This document shows positions 30,479-40,197 of a stretch of DNA of 64,000 nt, in pieces. The stretch spans positions 224,001-288,000 of the forward strand of contig CAWHEP010000008.1 of NCBI GenBank assembly GCA_963828525.1. The letters are read 5' to 3'. The position numbers and the translations under genes are program-made. The notes below the pieces were generated by a model. It searched no databases, was not told the DNA's origin, and saw nothing but the letters and a program-made list of their open reading frames with translations. Origin of the DNA: an uncultured Verrucomicrobiae bacterium (lineage in GTDB: Bacteria; Verrucomicrobiota; Verrucomicrobiia; Chthoniobacterales; Chthoniobacteraceae). Within the stretch, counting starts at the first letter, position 1. Each line of letters starts with the position of its first letter.

Positions 30479-31516
30479 GTGGCTCATCTGGAGGCGCATG
30501 GCCTGTCCAAATACTATGGAGAGAAGGCTGCGCTGCGCGACTTTACCCACGCATTCTCCGAAGGAAAAATAACCGTTCTGCTGGGACCGAGCGGTTCCGG
30601 CAAAACAACGGCCCTGAATCTTTTAGCCGGCATCCTGACGGCGGATAGCGGCGCGCTGCTATTGGATGGCAAAAATATCACCGCGGCGCCACCGGAGCAG
30701 CGGGACTTTGGATTCGTTTTTCAGAACTACGTCCTGTTCCCGCACCTGACGGTGGAGGAGAATGTGGGCTTTGGGCTGCGGGTGCGTGGGGTCGCCGCCA
30801 AAGCGCGCAGGGAACGCGCGCGCGAGACGCTGGAATTGGCTCGAATAGCTCATCTCGCCGGACGGTATGTATCCCAAATTTCCGGCGGCGAGCAGCAACG
30901 CGTTGCTGTAGCCCGCGCGGTCGCTTACAGGCCTCGTGTGCTGCTGATGGATGAACCGCTTTCCGCCGTGGACGCGCGGCTGCGCGCGGAATTGCGGAAC
31001 GAACTCTCAATCCTTTTGAGAAGCCTAGCGATCACAACAATTTACGTCACGCATGACCAGGAGGAGGCAATGAGCCTGGGCGACGAAATCATCGTCCTTG
31101 ATAAAGGAGCCGTGGAGCAGAGCGGCCCGGCACGTGACGTATATTGCAATCCCGCCAACTCGACTGTGGCAACGCTTCTGGGCCACGCGAACGTTTTCCC
31201 AATCCGGCGCCCTGGGAACCAGGATGCCGGAGTCGCGGAGCTTCCGTTTGCCCGCCTGTCTGCATCCGGCGCGAACGGTGAACCGAATTGCCATGTGATG
31301 TTCCGTCCCGAGGATGTGGAGATTGTTCCCGAGGAACACGCGGATTTCTCGGCGGTGGTGGTTCTAGTCGAATTTCTCGGCAATCGCCTGCGCCTCCACC
31401 TGTCTGTCGATGAACATCGTATTCTTGTGGATACAAGCAATGATCTCAGAGTTGTAACAGGAGCGCGTCTGCACTGCAGGGTGAAGCCGGAAAAGATTCG
31501 CGTTTTGCCAAGTTAA
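30479..31516 (+). CDS. ABC transporter ATP-binding protein (PotA-like, TOBE domain)
   Basis: GPSGSGKT, FQNYVLFPHL, ISGGEQQR, MDEPLS and VTHDQEEA. Confidence 0.94.
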   Translation: MAHLEAHGLSKYYGEKAALRDFTHAFSEGKITVLLGPSGSGKTTALNLLAGILTADSGALLLDGKNITAAPPEQRDFGFVFQNYVLFPHLTVEENVGFGLRVRGVAAKARRERARETLELARIAHLAGRYVSQISGGEQQRVAVARAVAYRPRVLLMDEPLSAVDARLRAELRNELSILLRSLAITTIYVTHDQEEAMSLGDEIIVLDKGAVEQSGPARDVYCNPANSTVATLLGHANVFPIRRPGNQDAGVAELPFARLSASGANGEPNCHVMFRPEDVEIVPEEHADFSAVVVLVEFLGNRLRLHLSVDEHRILVDTSNDLRVVTGARLHCRVKPEKIRVLPS

Positions 31517-31525
31517 GCGCGCGAA

Positions 31526-32365
31526 ATGGACGCGAATAGTAATCAGGCAGGCATTTCCCCTATTGCGGCTCTGGAGAAAGGGACGGAGCGCATCGCTGTG
31601 TTCGGCGGAATCTACAGCAACCACGTCGCGTTGGAGGCGTTGCTCAGAGACGTCGAGGGGCGTGGCATAGAGCGTCTGTATTGCCTCGGGGATCTGGGTG
31701 GGTTCGGGCCATATCCTAACCGGGTCTTTCCGTTGCTGATCGAGAAAAAGATTCCGGTCATACGGGGTAATTACGACGATGCCATTGGCAATGAATTGGG
31801 TAATTGCCAGTGCGGTTACACTGATCCACGGGATAACTACTTCGCGCGGCTTTCTTACGATTACACTCTAAAGAATACCTCGGCCGAAAATAAGAAGTGG
31901 CTGCGGGATCTCCCTGGAGAAATTCGGCTGCGTCTCGGAGCCTTCGAGGTGCTGCTCTGCCACGGCTCCCCCCGGCGGACCAATGAGTTCCTTTGGGAAT
32001 CCACCACCTCGGATGCTTTCCTCGCCGGCCTTTGTGAGGATTTCGGCGCCGATATCATCGTGGTGACACACACCGGGCTTCACTGGCACCGCGAAGTTGC
32101 AAAAGCGAAACACCTGGTGAACTGCGGCGCGATCGGCCGGCCCGCAAACGACGGCCACAAGTGGGTATATTACGGGGTTCTCACGGTTGCGGGCGAAAAG
32201 CTTTCCGTTGAGTTCATCCCGCTCGAGTACGACGCGCACAAGCTCGCTGGGGAGATGCGCGACGAGGGCCTGCCGGAGGAATTCATCCGCACCATCGAGA
32301 CGGGCTGGTGGACAACGTGCCTGGAGGTGCTGCCTATCGAGGAGCGCGCCCGGGGAATTTTTTGA
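31526..32365 (+). CDS. Atypical calcineurin-like metallophosphoesterase
   Basis: CLGDL, GNYD, CHGSP and VNCGAIG motifs; motif I reads GGIYSN and motif V reads THTG; contains CQC and C-terminal WWTTC. Confidence 0.85.
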   Translation: MDANSNQAGISPIAALEKGTERIAVFGGIYSNHVALEALLRDVEGRGIERLYCLGDLGGFGPYPNRVFPLLIEKKIPVIRGNYDDAIGNELGNCQCGYTDPRDNYFARLSYDYTLKNTSAENKKWLRDLPGEIRLRLGAFEVLLCHGSPRRTNEFLWESTTSDAFLAGLCEDFGADIIVVTHTGLHWHREVAKAKHLVNCGAIGRPANDGHKWVYYGVLTVAGEKLSVEFIPLEYDAHKLAGEMRDEGLPEEFIRTIETGWWTTCLEVLPIEERARGIF

Positions 32366-32986
32366 TCAGAAGGAACGACCAGTGTCACCTGGTGAGGTGA
32401 TTACCGGCGCGAGCGGCTGAAGGCGCCCATTCTTAAGCCCGTAAATCCACGCGTGCAGACTGAGGGACTGTCCGCGCTCCCACGCCTCGCGCACCGTGGT
32501 AGTTCGAGCCACATTTTCTCGCTGCTGGAGGACGTTCAGCTCGCAGAGGCGATCGACTCGGGAGCCTACTTCCAGATTCGCGAGCTCCGCGTCGTGATCC
32601 AAAGCAATGTCCTGGATGTGTAACAGCCAGGCGTCGATCAATCCGTGCTTCTTGTTGTCAATCGCAGCCCGAACACCGCCACAACCGTAGTGACCGCAAA
32701 CAATTACGTGACGCACCTTGAGAACATCGACTGCGAATTGGAGAACGGAGAGGCAGTTCAAGTCGGTATGCACCACCACGTTTGCGATGTTTCGATGGAC
32801 GAAAACCTCCCCCGGCATCAATCCCACAATCTGATCGGCCGAGACCCTGCTGTCTGAGCAGCCGATCCAAAAGTAATCCGGCGTCTGCTGAAGCGCGAGC
32901 TTCTCGAAGAAATCCGGTTCCCTTTCGACGATCTTATTTGCCCAGTTGACGTTGTTTTCCAGGAGTTGTTCAACGGTGTGCTTCAT
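32366..32986 (-). CDS. can: Beta-class carbonic anhydrase
   Basis: GCSDSRV, HRNIAN and GHYGCGGV zinc ligands. Confidence 0.96.
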   Translation of the reverse strand: MKHTVEQLLENNVNWANKIVEREPDFFEKLALQQTPDYFWIGCSDSRVSADQIVGLMPGEVFVHRNIANVVVHTDLNCLSVLQFAVDVLKVRHVIVCGHYGCGGVRAAIDNKKHGLIDAWLLHIQDIALDHDAELANLEVGSRVDRLCELNVLQQRENVARTTTVREAWERGQSLSLHAWIYGLKNGRLQPLAPVITSPGDTGRSF

Positions 32987-33248
32987 ACCGCACTCATTTA
33001 CACGCTTCCAAATCCAAGCGCGAGGGGTAATCCAAACGGCGGGGTGAGAGGATTCGAACATTCCGCCGCAGGGGCATCTATCATGCTATTTAAGAGCAAC
33101 AGGTTCTAAAATTTCCATAACTTCTCTGCCTTCCAGCGGTGAAGTTATAGCCGCAATAGAGCGCATGATAACATTTTTACTGAATGAGCAAAGAATGCGT
33201 TGACAGGAAAAGCTCTGCTGTTACTTTCGCGCCTTCTTTCCGACCACA

Positions 33249-33773
33249 ATGCCTATGAAAATAAGTCTGCCCGTTTTTGGATTCCTGGTTTTTTCCGCCT
33301 TTCTGTCTGTTTCCTCCTCCGCTCACGCGTGGAGCAATTCGCTCTACGATCCTACCAGGGCAGTCGTTGTAACGAACAACCCGCTTATCAATTTCGGCCC
33401 CAAGGCTTCCCACTTTCGCTACGATCCCCGAATGATCCGCGCCGCGGAGATCGCGGCAGAAAGAGCGCATCCTCACTCCACGCGGGAATGCTGGCGCTAT
33501 GTAAAAAACGCGCTGGTGCAAGCGCAGGTGGTTGGGTCACGCCCCGGCACAGCGTATGCCAAGGAAGCAGGGAGCGAACTGCGTGAAAAATTTGGCTTCA
33601 AAGAGATCCATGTCCAAGACCCCTACGAAGCGCCGATCGGAGCTGTTCTGGTCTATGGGGGGCATGGCGCGGGGCATGTGGAAATCAGAACCGCCAATGG
33701 TTTCGTGAGCGACTTCGAGTCTCTCGTCCCTTCCAAGAGACCGCTTTTAGGCGTGTTTCTGAAGCCGTCCTAG
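33249..33773 (+). CDS. Exported CHAP/NlpC-P60-like Cys-His protein (putative peptidoglycan hydrolase)
   Basis: Signal peptide; ECWRYVKNAL and GAVLVY...GHVEI. Confidence 0.6.
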   Translation: MPMKISLPVFGFLVFSAFLSVSSSAHAWSNSLYDPTRAVVVTNNPLINFGPKASHFRYDPRMIRAAEIAAERAHPHSTRECWRYVKNALVQAQVVGSRPGTAYAKEAGSELREKFGFKEIHVQDPYEAPIGAVLVYGGHGAGHVEIRTANGFVSDFESLVPSKRPLLGVFLKPS

Positions 33774-33847
33774 ACGGGACGCGCAGGATTCTCGGCGTTC
33801 AGCGTGGCGCGGCCAGCATTGACCTTCTCGCCGCGCGCAGGTAAAAG

Positions 33848-36112
33848 ATGCACGTGCAAAGTCGCCTCCTCGCTCTGCTCGCCATCCTGTGTCTCGGCAC
33901 GAGCTTTGGGCAGATACCGCCCTATCCCTTCCCTCCCTCCCAGGATGGGGATGTCGTTCAGAAGATTCAGTTTCCCAACGCGGATATTACCGCAGTGTTC
34001 CGCTTCTATGAAGCGCTAACCGGAAAGACCCTGCTATGGGACAGCGCGCTGCAGGGCACGCTGAACGTCGTCATCAACAAGCCTCTCACCAAGGAGGAGG
34101 CGATCAAAGTCCTTGAGACGAGTTTTCTACTGAGTGGATTCTCGCTGATTCCCGGAGATGGAAACATCGTGAAGGTAGTGGGCCTGGGAAAAAATCCGAA
34201 AGGCGCCGGAGTTCCCATCTACTCGGAGCCTGACCAGATTCCGCGGAACGACAGAGTGATCACCTATCTGTTCAAGCTGCAGTACGCGGATGCCCAGGAG
34301 CTCGCCACGATCCTGCAGTCCTATATCGGCAGCGCAATGACTACGTACAGTTCCATCGTGCCATTGTCCAAAGCGCAGATCTTGATGGTGACGGAGAGTT
34401 CGACCGTCATCAAAGGTCTGTTCCAAGTGATTTCGGAGGTGGATGTTCCGCCCGCTACAGTTGTATCTGAATTCCTTACCCTCCAGCGCGCTGAGGCGCG
34501 TGACATTCTGGAGAAGCTGCAAAAGATCTTCGAGAAACCACAGAGCGCCGGAAGCACCCCGCTGAATGTCCCCATCTTCAATCGGCAGAATCCGGAAAAT
34601 CCGGGTCAGCCCGGCGGAAACCTTCCGACTTCCGTTCAGATTGGGGGAGAAACGCTTTCGGAAGGCTCGATTATCGTGGGAGCGATCAAGCTAACGGCGG
34701 ATGTCCGCACCAACCGCATTCATGTGATAACGCGGCCCATAAATCTTCCCTTCATTCGCAAGCTCGTGAAAGAGTTTGACGAGGACAGCACATTCGGGGA
34801 GCCGATTGTTCGTCCGCTTAAATACGTCTCCGCGGCGGACGTGTTGAACGTGGTCGTTAAAGCGATCGCGGAGCCCGGGGAAAAAACCGAGGAAACTAGC
34901 GCGCAACAGGGCAGCGATCAGAACAGCACAGGCGCCAAGCAAAACCAAAATACAAACCAGGGTGGAGCAGGAGGAAACAACGGGACGGGCGACTCCACCG
35001 GGGCCCAAGGCTTCACAGAAGAACTGAGCGCAAAGCCTCGGGAGACCACTCCGCAAGCCGTAACGGTCGGGAGCACGAAGATCATCGCCGATAATCGCGC
35101 CAACTCGATCATCGTGCTTGGAACGAAGGAAGTAGCCGCGAAAATCTGCCGCGTCCTGGATGATCTGGATGTGCGTCCGTACCAGGTTCTCCTGAATACC
35201 GTGATTGGAGAGCTGACCCTCAGCGACGGCCAGGAGTTCGGGGTCGATTACCTGCTGCGAACCGGAGGCGGGATTCTCTCCGGCAGCAACTCCACAGGGA
35301 CTACAACGAGTCGCCCTCCGGCCAGCACGGCCGCGATTTCGAGAAACACGAACGCCACCTTGCTTGATCCGTCAAGCCTGCTGACGGCTTCATCCCTTGC
35401 GGCCGCCGGCAGTGGATTCACGGCGTATATCGCTCCAGTCAACTCACTGGAAACAATCGTCCGCGCGCTCGACTCCACCCAGCGCTTTCACATCACCACC
35501 CGCCCAATGGTCTTCACCAGCAACAACCAAAAGGCCATCATCGCGTCAGGGCAGGAGATCGCTGTCCCCGTGTCGAGCCTTACTTCGTTCTCGGCAGGCG
35601 TGACTACGCCGGCCACAAGTTCATCCATCGAATTCAAGCGAGTTGCCACTCAACTGGAGGTGGTGCCGCTCATCAATTCAGATCGGGAAGTTTCGCTCGA
35701 TATCCTCCAGAAGATCGACAGTGTAAACGGAAGCACGACGGTGGATAACAACCAAATCCCCACCATTCAGACGCGCTACATCAAGACAAATGTCAACGTG
35801 CCCAACAAGGCAACAGTGGTGCTGGGCGGCTTGATTACCAAGAATTACACCAACAACCAGAGTGGGCTCCCCTACCTCAGCAAGATCCCGGTGCTCGGCT
35901 GGCTGTTCAAGGATAAATCGACCTCGAAAACACGCACGGAGTTGATCATCCTCATACGCCCGGTGGTGACCGCGACACCCACCGAGACGGTGCTGAATCG
36001 GCAGCGCGAGGAGGAGCGTTTAAATCTCGAGCCCGATCTGGATTCCACGCTCACTCCGCATGGGGGCAAGGTCCGGCCGCAGCAGCGCGAAGAGTCGCCC
36101 ATTTTTAGGTAG
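33848..36112 (+). CDS. gspD: Type II secretion secretin
   Basis: N0-N3 domains (ADVRTNRI, ADNRANSIIV) and secretin domain (GQEI, VVLGGLI, GLPYLSKIPVLGWLF, ELIILIRP). Confidence 0.93.
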   Translation: MHVQSRLLALLAILCLGTSFGQIPPYPFPPSQDGDVVQKIQFPNADITAVFRFYEALTGKTLLWDSALQGTLNVVINKPLTKEEAIKVLETSFLLSGFSLIPGDGNIVKVVGLGKNPKGAGVPIYSEPDQIPRNDRVITYLFKLQYADAQELATILQSYIGSAMTTYSSIVPLSKAQILMVTESSTVIKGLFQVISEVDVPPATVVSEFLTLQRAEARDILEKLQKIFEKPQSAGSTPLNVPIFNRQNPENPGQPGGNLPTSVQIGGETLSEGSIIVGAIKLTADVRTNRIHVITRPINLPFIRKLVKEFDEDSTFGEPIVRPLKYVSAADVLNVVVKAIAEPGEKTEETSAQQGSDQNSTGAKQNQNTNQGGAGGNNGTGDSTGAQGFTEELSAKPRETTPQAVTVGSTKIIADNRANSIIVLGTKEVAAKICRVLDDLDVRPYQVLLNTVIGELTLSDGQEFGVDYLLRTGGGILSGSNSTGTTTSRPPASTAAISRNTNATLLDPSSLLTASSLAAAGSGFTAYIAPVNSLETIVRALDSTQRFHITTRPMVFTSNNQKAIIASGQEIAVPVSSLTSFSAGVTTPATSSSIEFKRVATQLEVVPLINSDREVSLDILQKIDSVNGSTTVDNNQIPTIQTRYIKTNVNVPNKATVVLGGLITKNYTNNQSGLPYLSKIPVLGWLFKDKSTSKTRTELIILIRPVVTATPTETVLNRQREEERLNLEPDLDSTLTPHGGKVRPQQREESPIFR

Positions 36113-36124
36113 GACGGCCAGGGC

Positions 36125-37876
36125 ATGATCTCCCAAGGACGCCAATCGCTGGTCGAGTTGTTGCGGGCGAGCGGTCTCGACGACTCGGACGCCGCGACGG
36201 AATTGGCGAGCAAGCCTGCGAATGGGATATCGTGGACGGCGGAAGTGCTGAATTCCGGCCGGGTGGACGAGCAAAAATTTACGATCCAGCTTGGGAAGCT
36301 CTTCAATACTCCAGTCGAGAGCATTACCGCCAGCGGCATTGAGCGTTCGGCTCTTTCCCAGTTGCCGAGCCGCTTCGTGTTCAAACACCACATCCTTCCG
36401 GTTCAGGCCCGAGAGGACTCTGTTCGCCTCGCGACATACGACGTTTTCAACTCCACAGCACGGCGTCTTGCAAGCCAATTGGTCACAAAGAAGATCGAGT
36501 GGGTGCTGGCGCCTCGCGCACAACTGCTGCGTGTGATCAAGGAGGTGTACGGGGTCGGCGCCGAGACCTTCGACGAAATCCTGAAGACAAACCGCACCTT
36601 CGACGCTTTCGACGAACGGAGCCAGGCCACCGATCTGAATGCCGACGATCCAGAGGCCTCCGTGGTGAAGTTTGTGAATCAGATCATCCGGGAGGCCATC
36701 ATCGAACGGGCAACGGACATCCATGTGGAACCCCTCGAGGATGATCTGCGGATTCGCTACCGGATCGATGGCGTCCTCCATGAGGTGGCGGTGCCTCAAC
36801 AGTTGCGTGTGCTTCAGTCTGCCATCATCTCCCGCCTGAAGGTCATGGCGCAGATGGACATCGCCGAAAAGCGGCTACCTCAGGATGGGCGCATCAATCT
36901 TCAGGCAAGCGGCGAGAACATCGATGTGCGCGTCTCGACAATTCCCACGGTAAACGGCGAAAGCATCAGCCTAAGGCTTCTGACCCGAACAGAGCAGCAG
37001 TTCGGCTTTGAACGTCTGGGGCTCAGCCCGAAACAGGAGAAGGTGGTGCGCGCGTCGCTTGCCCAGCCGAATGGCATCATCCTGGTGACCGGCCCCACCG
37101 GATGCGGAAAATCGACCTCGCTCTATTCCTTCCTGAGCAGCATCAACTCGGTGCAACGCCGCATCATCACCATCGAAGAACCCGTGGAATACAGGCTCGC
37201 TGGCGTGTCGCAGATTGATGTGAAACCGGAGATCGACCTGACCTTCGCCAATGGCCTGCGCGCGATCCTTCGGCAGGATCCCAATGTCATCATGGTTGGT
37301 GAAATTCGCGATGTAGAGACAGCCGAGATCTCCATCCGGGCGGCTATGACTGGTCACCTCGTTTTCAGCACTCTTCACACAAACGACGCGGTTGGCGGCA
37401 TCACCCGCCTCCTCGACATGGGAGTCGAGCCGTTTCTCCTCTCCTCAGTGGTTCGAACCTTTATCGCTCAGAGGCTCGTGAGATGCATCTGCGCCGAATG
37501 CTCGGTACCGGTGACTTACCCGGCCGACTATTTGCGCGAGATCGGATTCCCGGCCGCTCCTGCCCACCAACTTAAACGCGGCAGCGGCTGTGACACGTGC
37601 CGACAGACGGGTTACCGGGGCCGCATGGCGATCTATGAGTTCTGCGTCGTCACGGAGGGGCTGCGCAAGCTCATCATCCAAAAAGCATCGGGCACGGAAT
37701 TGAAACAGCGCGCCATACAGGATGGGATGGAGACACTCCGGCTGGATGGCTGGCGTCGCGTACTCCAAGGCAATACGTGTATTGAAGAAGTCGTGCGGGT
37801 CACGCAAGTGGACGAGATCCTGACAGAAACAACGGAAGCGGAAGCTCCGGCTGACTCCCCGCCGCCGCTCGCATGA
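36125..37876 (+). CDS. gspE: GspE/PilB family secretion ATPase
   Basis: ATDIHVEP, RLPQDGR, GPTGCGKST, LRQDPN, GEIRD, TGHLVFSTLHTN and two CxxC pairs. Confidence 0.95.
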   Translation: MISQGRQSLVELLRASGLDDSDAATELASKPANGISWTAEVLNSGRVDEQKFTIQLGKLFNTPVESITASGIERSALSQLPSRFVFKHHILPVQAREDSVRLATYDVFNSTARRLASQLVTKKIEWVLAPRAQLLRVIKEVYGVGAETFDEILKTNRTFDAFDERSQATDLNADDPEASVVKFVNQIIREAIIERATDIHVEPLEDDLRIRYRIDGVLHEVAVPQQLRVLQSAIISRLKVMAQMDIAEKRLPQDGRINLQASGENIDVRVSTIPTVNGESISLRLLTRTEQQFGFERLGLSPKQEKVVRASLAQPNGIILVTGPTGCGKSTSLYSFLSSINSVQRRIITIEEPVEYRLAGVSQIDVKPEIDLTFANGLRAILRQDPNVIMVGEIRDVETAEISIRAAMTGHLVFSTLHTNDAVGGITRLLDMGVEPFLLSSVVRTFIAQRLVRCICAECSVPVTYPADYLREIGFPAAPAHQLKRGSGCDTCRQTGYRGRMAIYEFCVVTEGLRKLIIQKASGTELKQRAIQDGMETLRLDGWRRVLQGNTCIEEVVRVTQVDEILTETTEAEAPADSPPPLA

Positions 37877-37883
37877 TGGCGAA

Positions 37884-39296
37884 TTAGGACTCCGTCTGAC
37901 GGAGAGCAGCGTAGGCGTCGGCAGCCTTCCGAATAGGCCTTACCGGACTTCGAAATTTAAACTCGGAAACTGCCATCCCCAGCCGATTAAGCACATTCAC
38001 CGCGGCGCCTCGGAGTGAAGCTTCGGGCTCCTGGTTCAGGTAGAGGGGCTGATTTAAGACATTAGCAAGGCGCTGCACAGAAGAGGGCGAATGCTGTATC
38101 CCTCCGGAGACTATGAACTTTGGGGCAGTCCCGGCATGAGCGATGATCATCTCCGAAATCGCGGCCACACGCATGTAGCTCGCCTCGATCATCGCCTGAA
38201 GGATGTCCAGGGCAGTCGTCTTGTGTGTGATGCCGGTGATGGAGCCGCGCTTGTCTTCTTCCCACGTCGGGGCCCGCTCCGCCGACCAATATGGCTGCAC
38301 AGTCAGCCCGTGCTCGGGAACCGGCCGCCGCTCCAGTTCGCGTTCGAGGTCGCCATCCAGCCTCATCTCCCGCACGCACCAGGCGCGCAGGTTGCCCGCG
38401 TTGCTTACCGCGCCTCCCACGACGAAACGCTGACGGTCCAGCCGATAACAAAACAAGCCAAAGGGAGCCTCCACCTTTTCGCCCGAATCCATCATCCGCA
38501 GAGCCGCGCTTGTTCCAACATTAAGCGCGGCGAGACCGGGCTTTGTCGCTCCGCAGCCGAGATTGCCTGCCGCGCCATCCCCGATGGCGGGGAACCATGG
38601 GATACCGCGTAACTCGGCGAATCGCGCGGATTTTCCGGCGAATGCCCCTGGAGTTTCGCTGACGGGGTTCAGCATGGCTGCGTTGATCCCGCAACGCGAA
38701 AGAAGCTCGTCATCCCATGCAAGGCTCGCAGGATTGAACAGGCCGGTGCCGCTCGCCATTGAGAAGCCACAATTTGCCGCTCCCAGCATGTCTTCGTAGA
38801 GCCATTCCGCGGGGGACACCCACTTATTCACCCCTTTGTCCCGTTTGACGCGCCTCAGCCACAGAAGCTTTGCGGGCCAGAAGGAAGAGCGCAACATGCA
38901 GCCGGTTCTGCGATGGATTTTGCGCTCCGGCATTTCGTCCCGAAGAGTTCGCGCGTCTTCCTGGCAGCGCGAATCCGCCCATGTGTAAACCGGAGTGACG
39001 GGGCGACCTGCCTGGTCGAGGCCGATGAGGCTGTGCCAAAAACAAGACGTGCCTACCGCGAGGAGCGGAGTGGCGCGCAGCACCTTGTCGGCGCGGTAGA
39101 CGGCCAGCGTGCGATCAAGCGCCTCATAGAGGGCTTTGCGGAGCGCTGCTGTGGGAAGTTCAGCGCCTCCATCCTCGGTGAAGGAAAGATTGTAAGCCTG
39201 CTGAGATGTCGTTTGCACCAGCCGATCACCCGCAGCGCTGAAGAGAGCGGTTCGGAGTGAAGATGTGCCTATGTCTATGGCAAGAACGAGTGACAT
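37884..39296 (-). CDS. gntK: FGGY-family carbohydrate kinase, gluconokinase-like
   Basis: IDIGTSS, HSLIG, TWADSR, ASGTGL, GTSAALR and GLFCY. Confidence 0.82.
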   Translation of the reverse strand: MSLVLAIDIGTSSLRTALFSAAGDRLVQTTSQQAYNLSFTEDGGAELPTAALRKALYEALDRTLAVYRADKVLRATPLLAVGTSCFWHSLIGLDQAGRPVTPVYTWADSRCQEDARTLRDEMPERKIHRRTGCMLRSSFWPAKLLWLRRVKRDKGVNKWVSPAEWLYEDMLGAANCGFSMASGTGLFNPASLAWDDELLSRCGINAAMLNPVSETPGAFAGKSARFAELRGIPWFPAIGDGAAGNLGCGATKPGLAALNVGTSAALRMMDSGEKVEAPFGLFCYRLDRQRFVVGGAVSNAGNLRAWCVREMRLDGDLERELERRPVPEHGLTVQPYWSAERAPTWEEDKRGSITGITHKTTALDILQAMIEASYMRVAAISEMIIAHAGTAPKFIVSGGIQHSPSSVQRLANVLNQPLYLNQEPEASLRGAAVNVLNRLGMAVSEFKFRSPVRPIRKAADAYAALRQTES

Positions 39297-39363
39297 GGAT
39301 CGAGCATGGCTGCTATACGGGCGAGATGTTGTATCGCCGGAAGCCGCGCCTCAACAAGGAGCC

Positions 39364-40197
39364 CTAGATGGTCTGTGAAAGAAATCCGCCATCGACCCGC
39401 AGGTCGATGCCTGTGACAAAGCTCGACGCCTCGTGGGAAGCTAAAAACACGGCTGCTCCAACCAGTTCTCTTGCTTCGCCGAAGCGCCCCATCGGAGTAT
39501 GCCCCAGAATTGACCCGGCGCGAGGAGTGGGCGTGCCGTCCTCGTTGAAGAGGAGGCGGCGGTTTTGTTCCGCCGGGAAGAAGCCGGGCGTAATGGAATT
39601 TACACGCACCCCTTTGGGCGCCCATTCGCGAGCGAGAAACTGTGTAAGGTTCAACACGGCTGCCTTCGACGCGGAGTAGGCGACGACCCTTGAGAGCGGC
39701 AGATGAGCCGAGACCGAAGCGACATTAATGATGCTTCCCCTCCCCCGGCGAACCATGGCTCCTCCAATCTCCTGGCAGGGAAGCAGCGCGCCGCCAACCA
39801 GATTAAGATCAAAGTTCTCCTGCCAGTCCTCAATCGTTATCGATTCGAATGAACGGTCCGGGGTAACCGTCACCTTTGGGTCGTTACCCCCCGCGGCATT
39901 CACCAGGATGGAGGGCGCGCCGAATGAAGCTTCCACGGCCTTGTGAGCCGCTGCCAGACTGGCGGTGTCCAAGGCGTCAGCGACGAAAAACTCCGCGGTC
40001 TTCCCCTTATCGCGAATGCGGGACAGCCGACTCTCGCCTCGCTGCTTGTTCCTTCCGAAAATGGCCACGCTGGCGCCCGCCATTGCAAGCCCTTCTGCCA
40101 CCGCGCCGCCCAGAGCGCCAGTCCCGCCTATGATGATCGCCACTTCTCCGCTGAGATCGAAGAGTTCCATGGAAGAGGGATTATTTGGCTTTGGCAT
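39364..40197 (-). CDS. SDR oxidoreductase (D-mannonate/fructuronate reductase-like)
   Basis: GGTGALG, NAAGGN, PLSRVVAYSASK, PGFFPAEQN and HTPMGRFG; start may be 40170. Confidence 0.85.
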   Translation of the reverse strand: MPKPNNPSSMELFDLSGEVAIIIGGTGALGGAVAEGLAMAGASVAIFGRNKQRGESRLSRIRDKGKTAEFFVADALDTASLAAAHKAVEASFGAPSILVNAAGGNDPKVTVTPDRSFESITIEDWQENFDLNLVGGALLPCQEIGGAMVRRGRGSIINVASVSAHLPLSRVVAYSASKAAVLNLTQFLAREWAPKGVRVNSITPGFFPAEQNRRLLFNEDGTPTPRAGSILGHTPMGRFGEARELVGAAVFLASHEASSFVTGIDLRVDGGFLSQTI

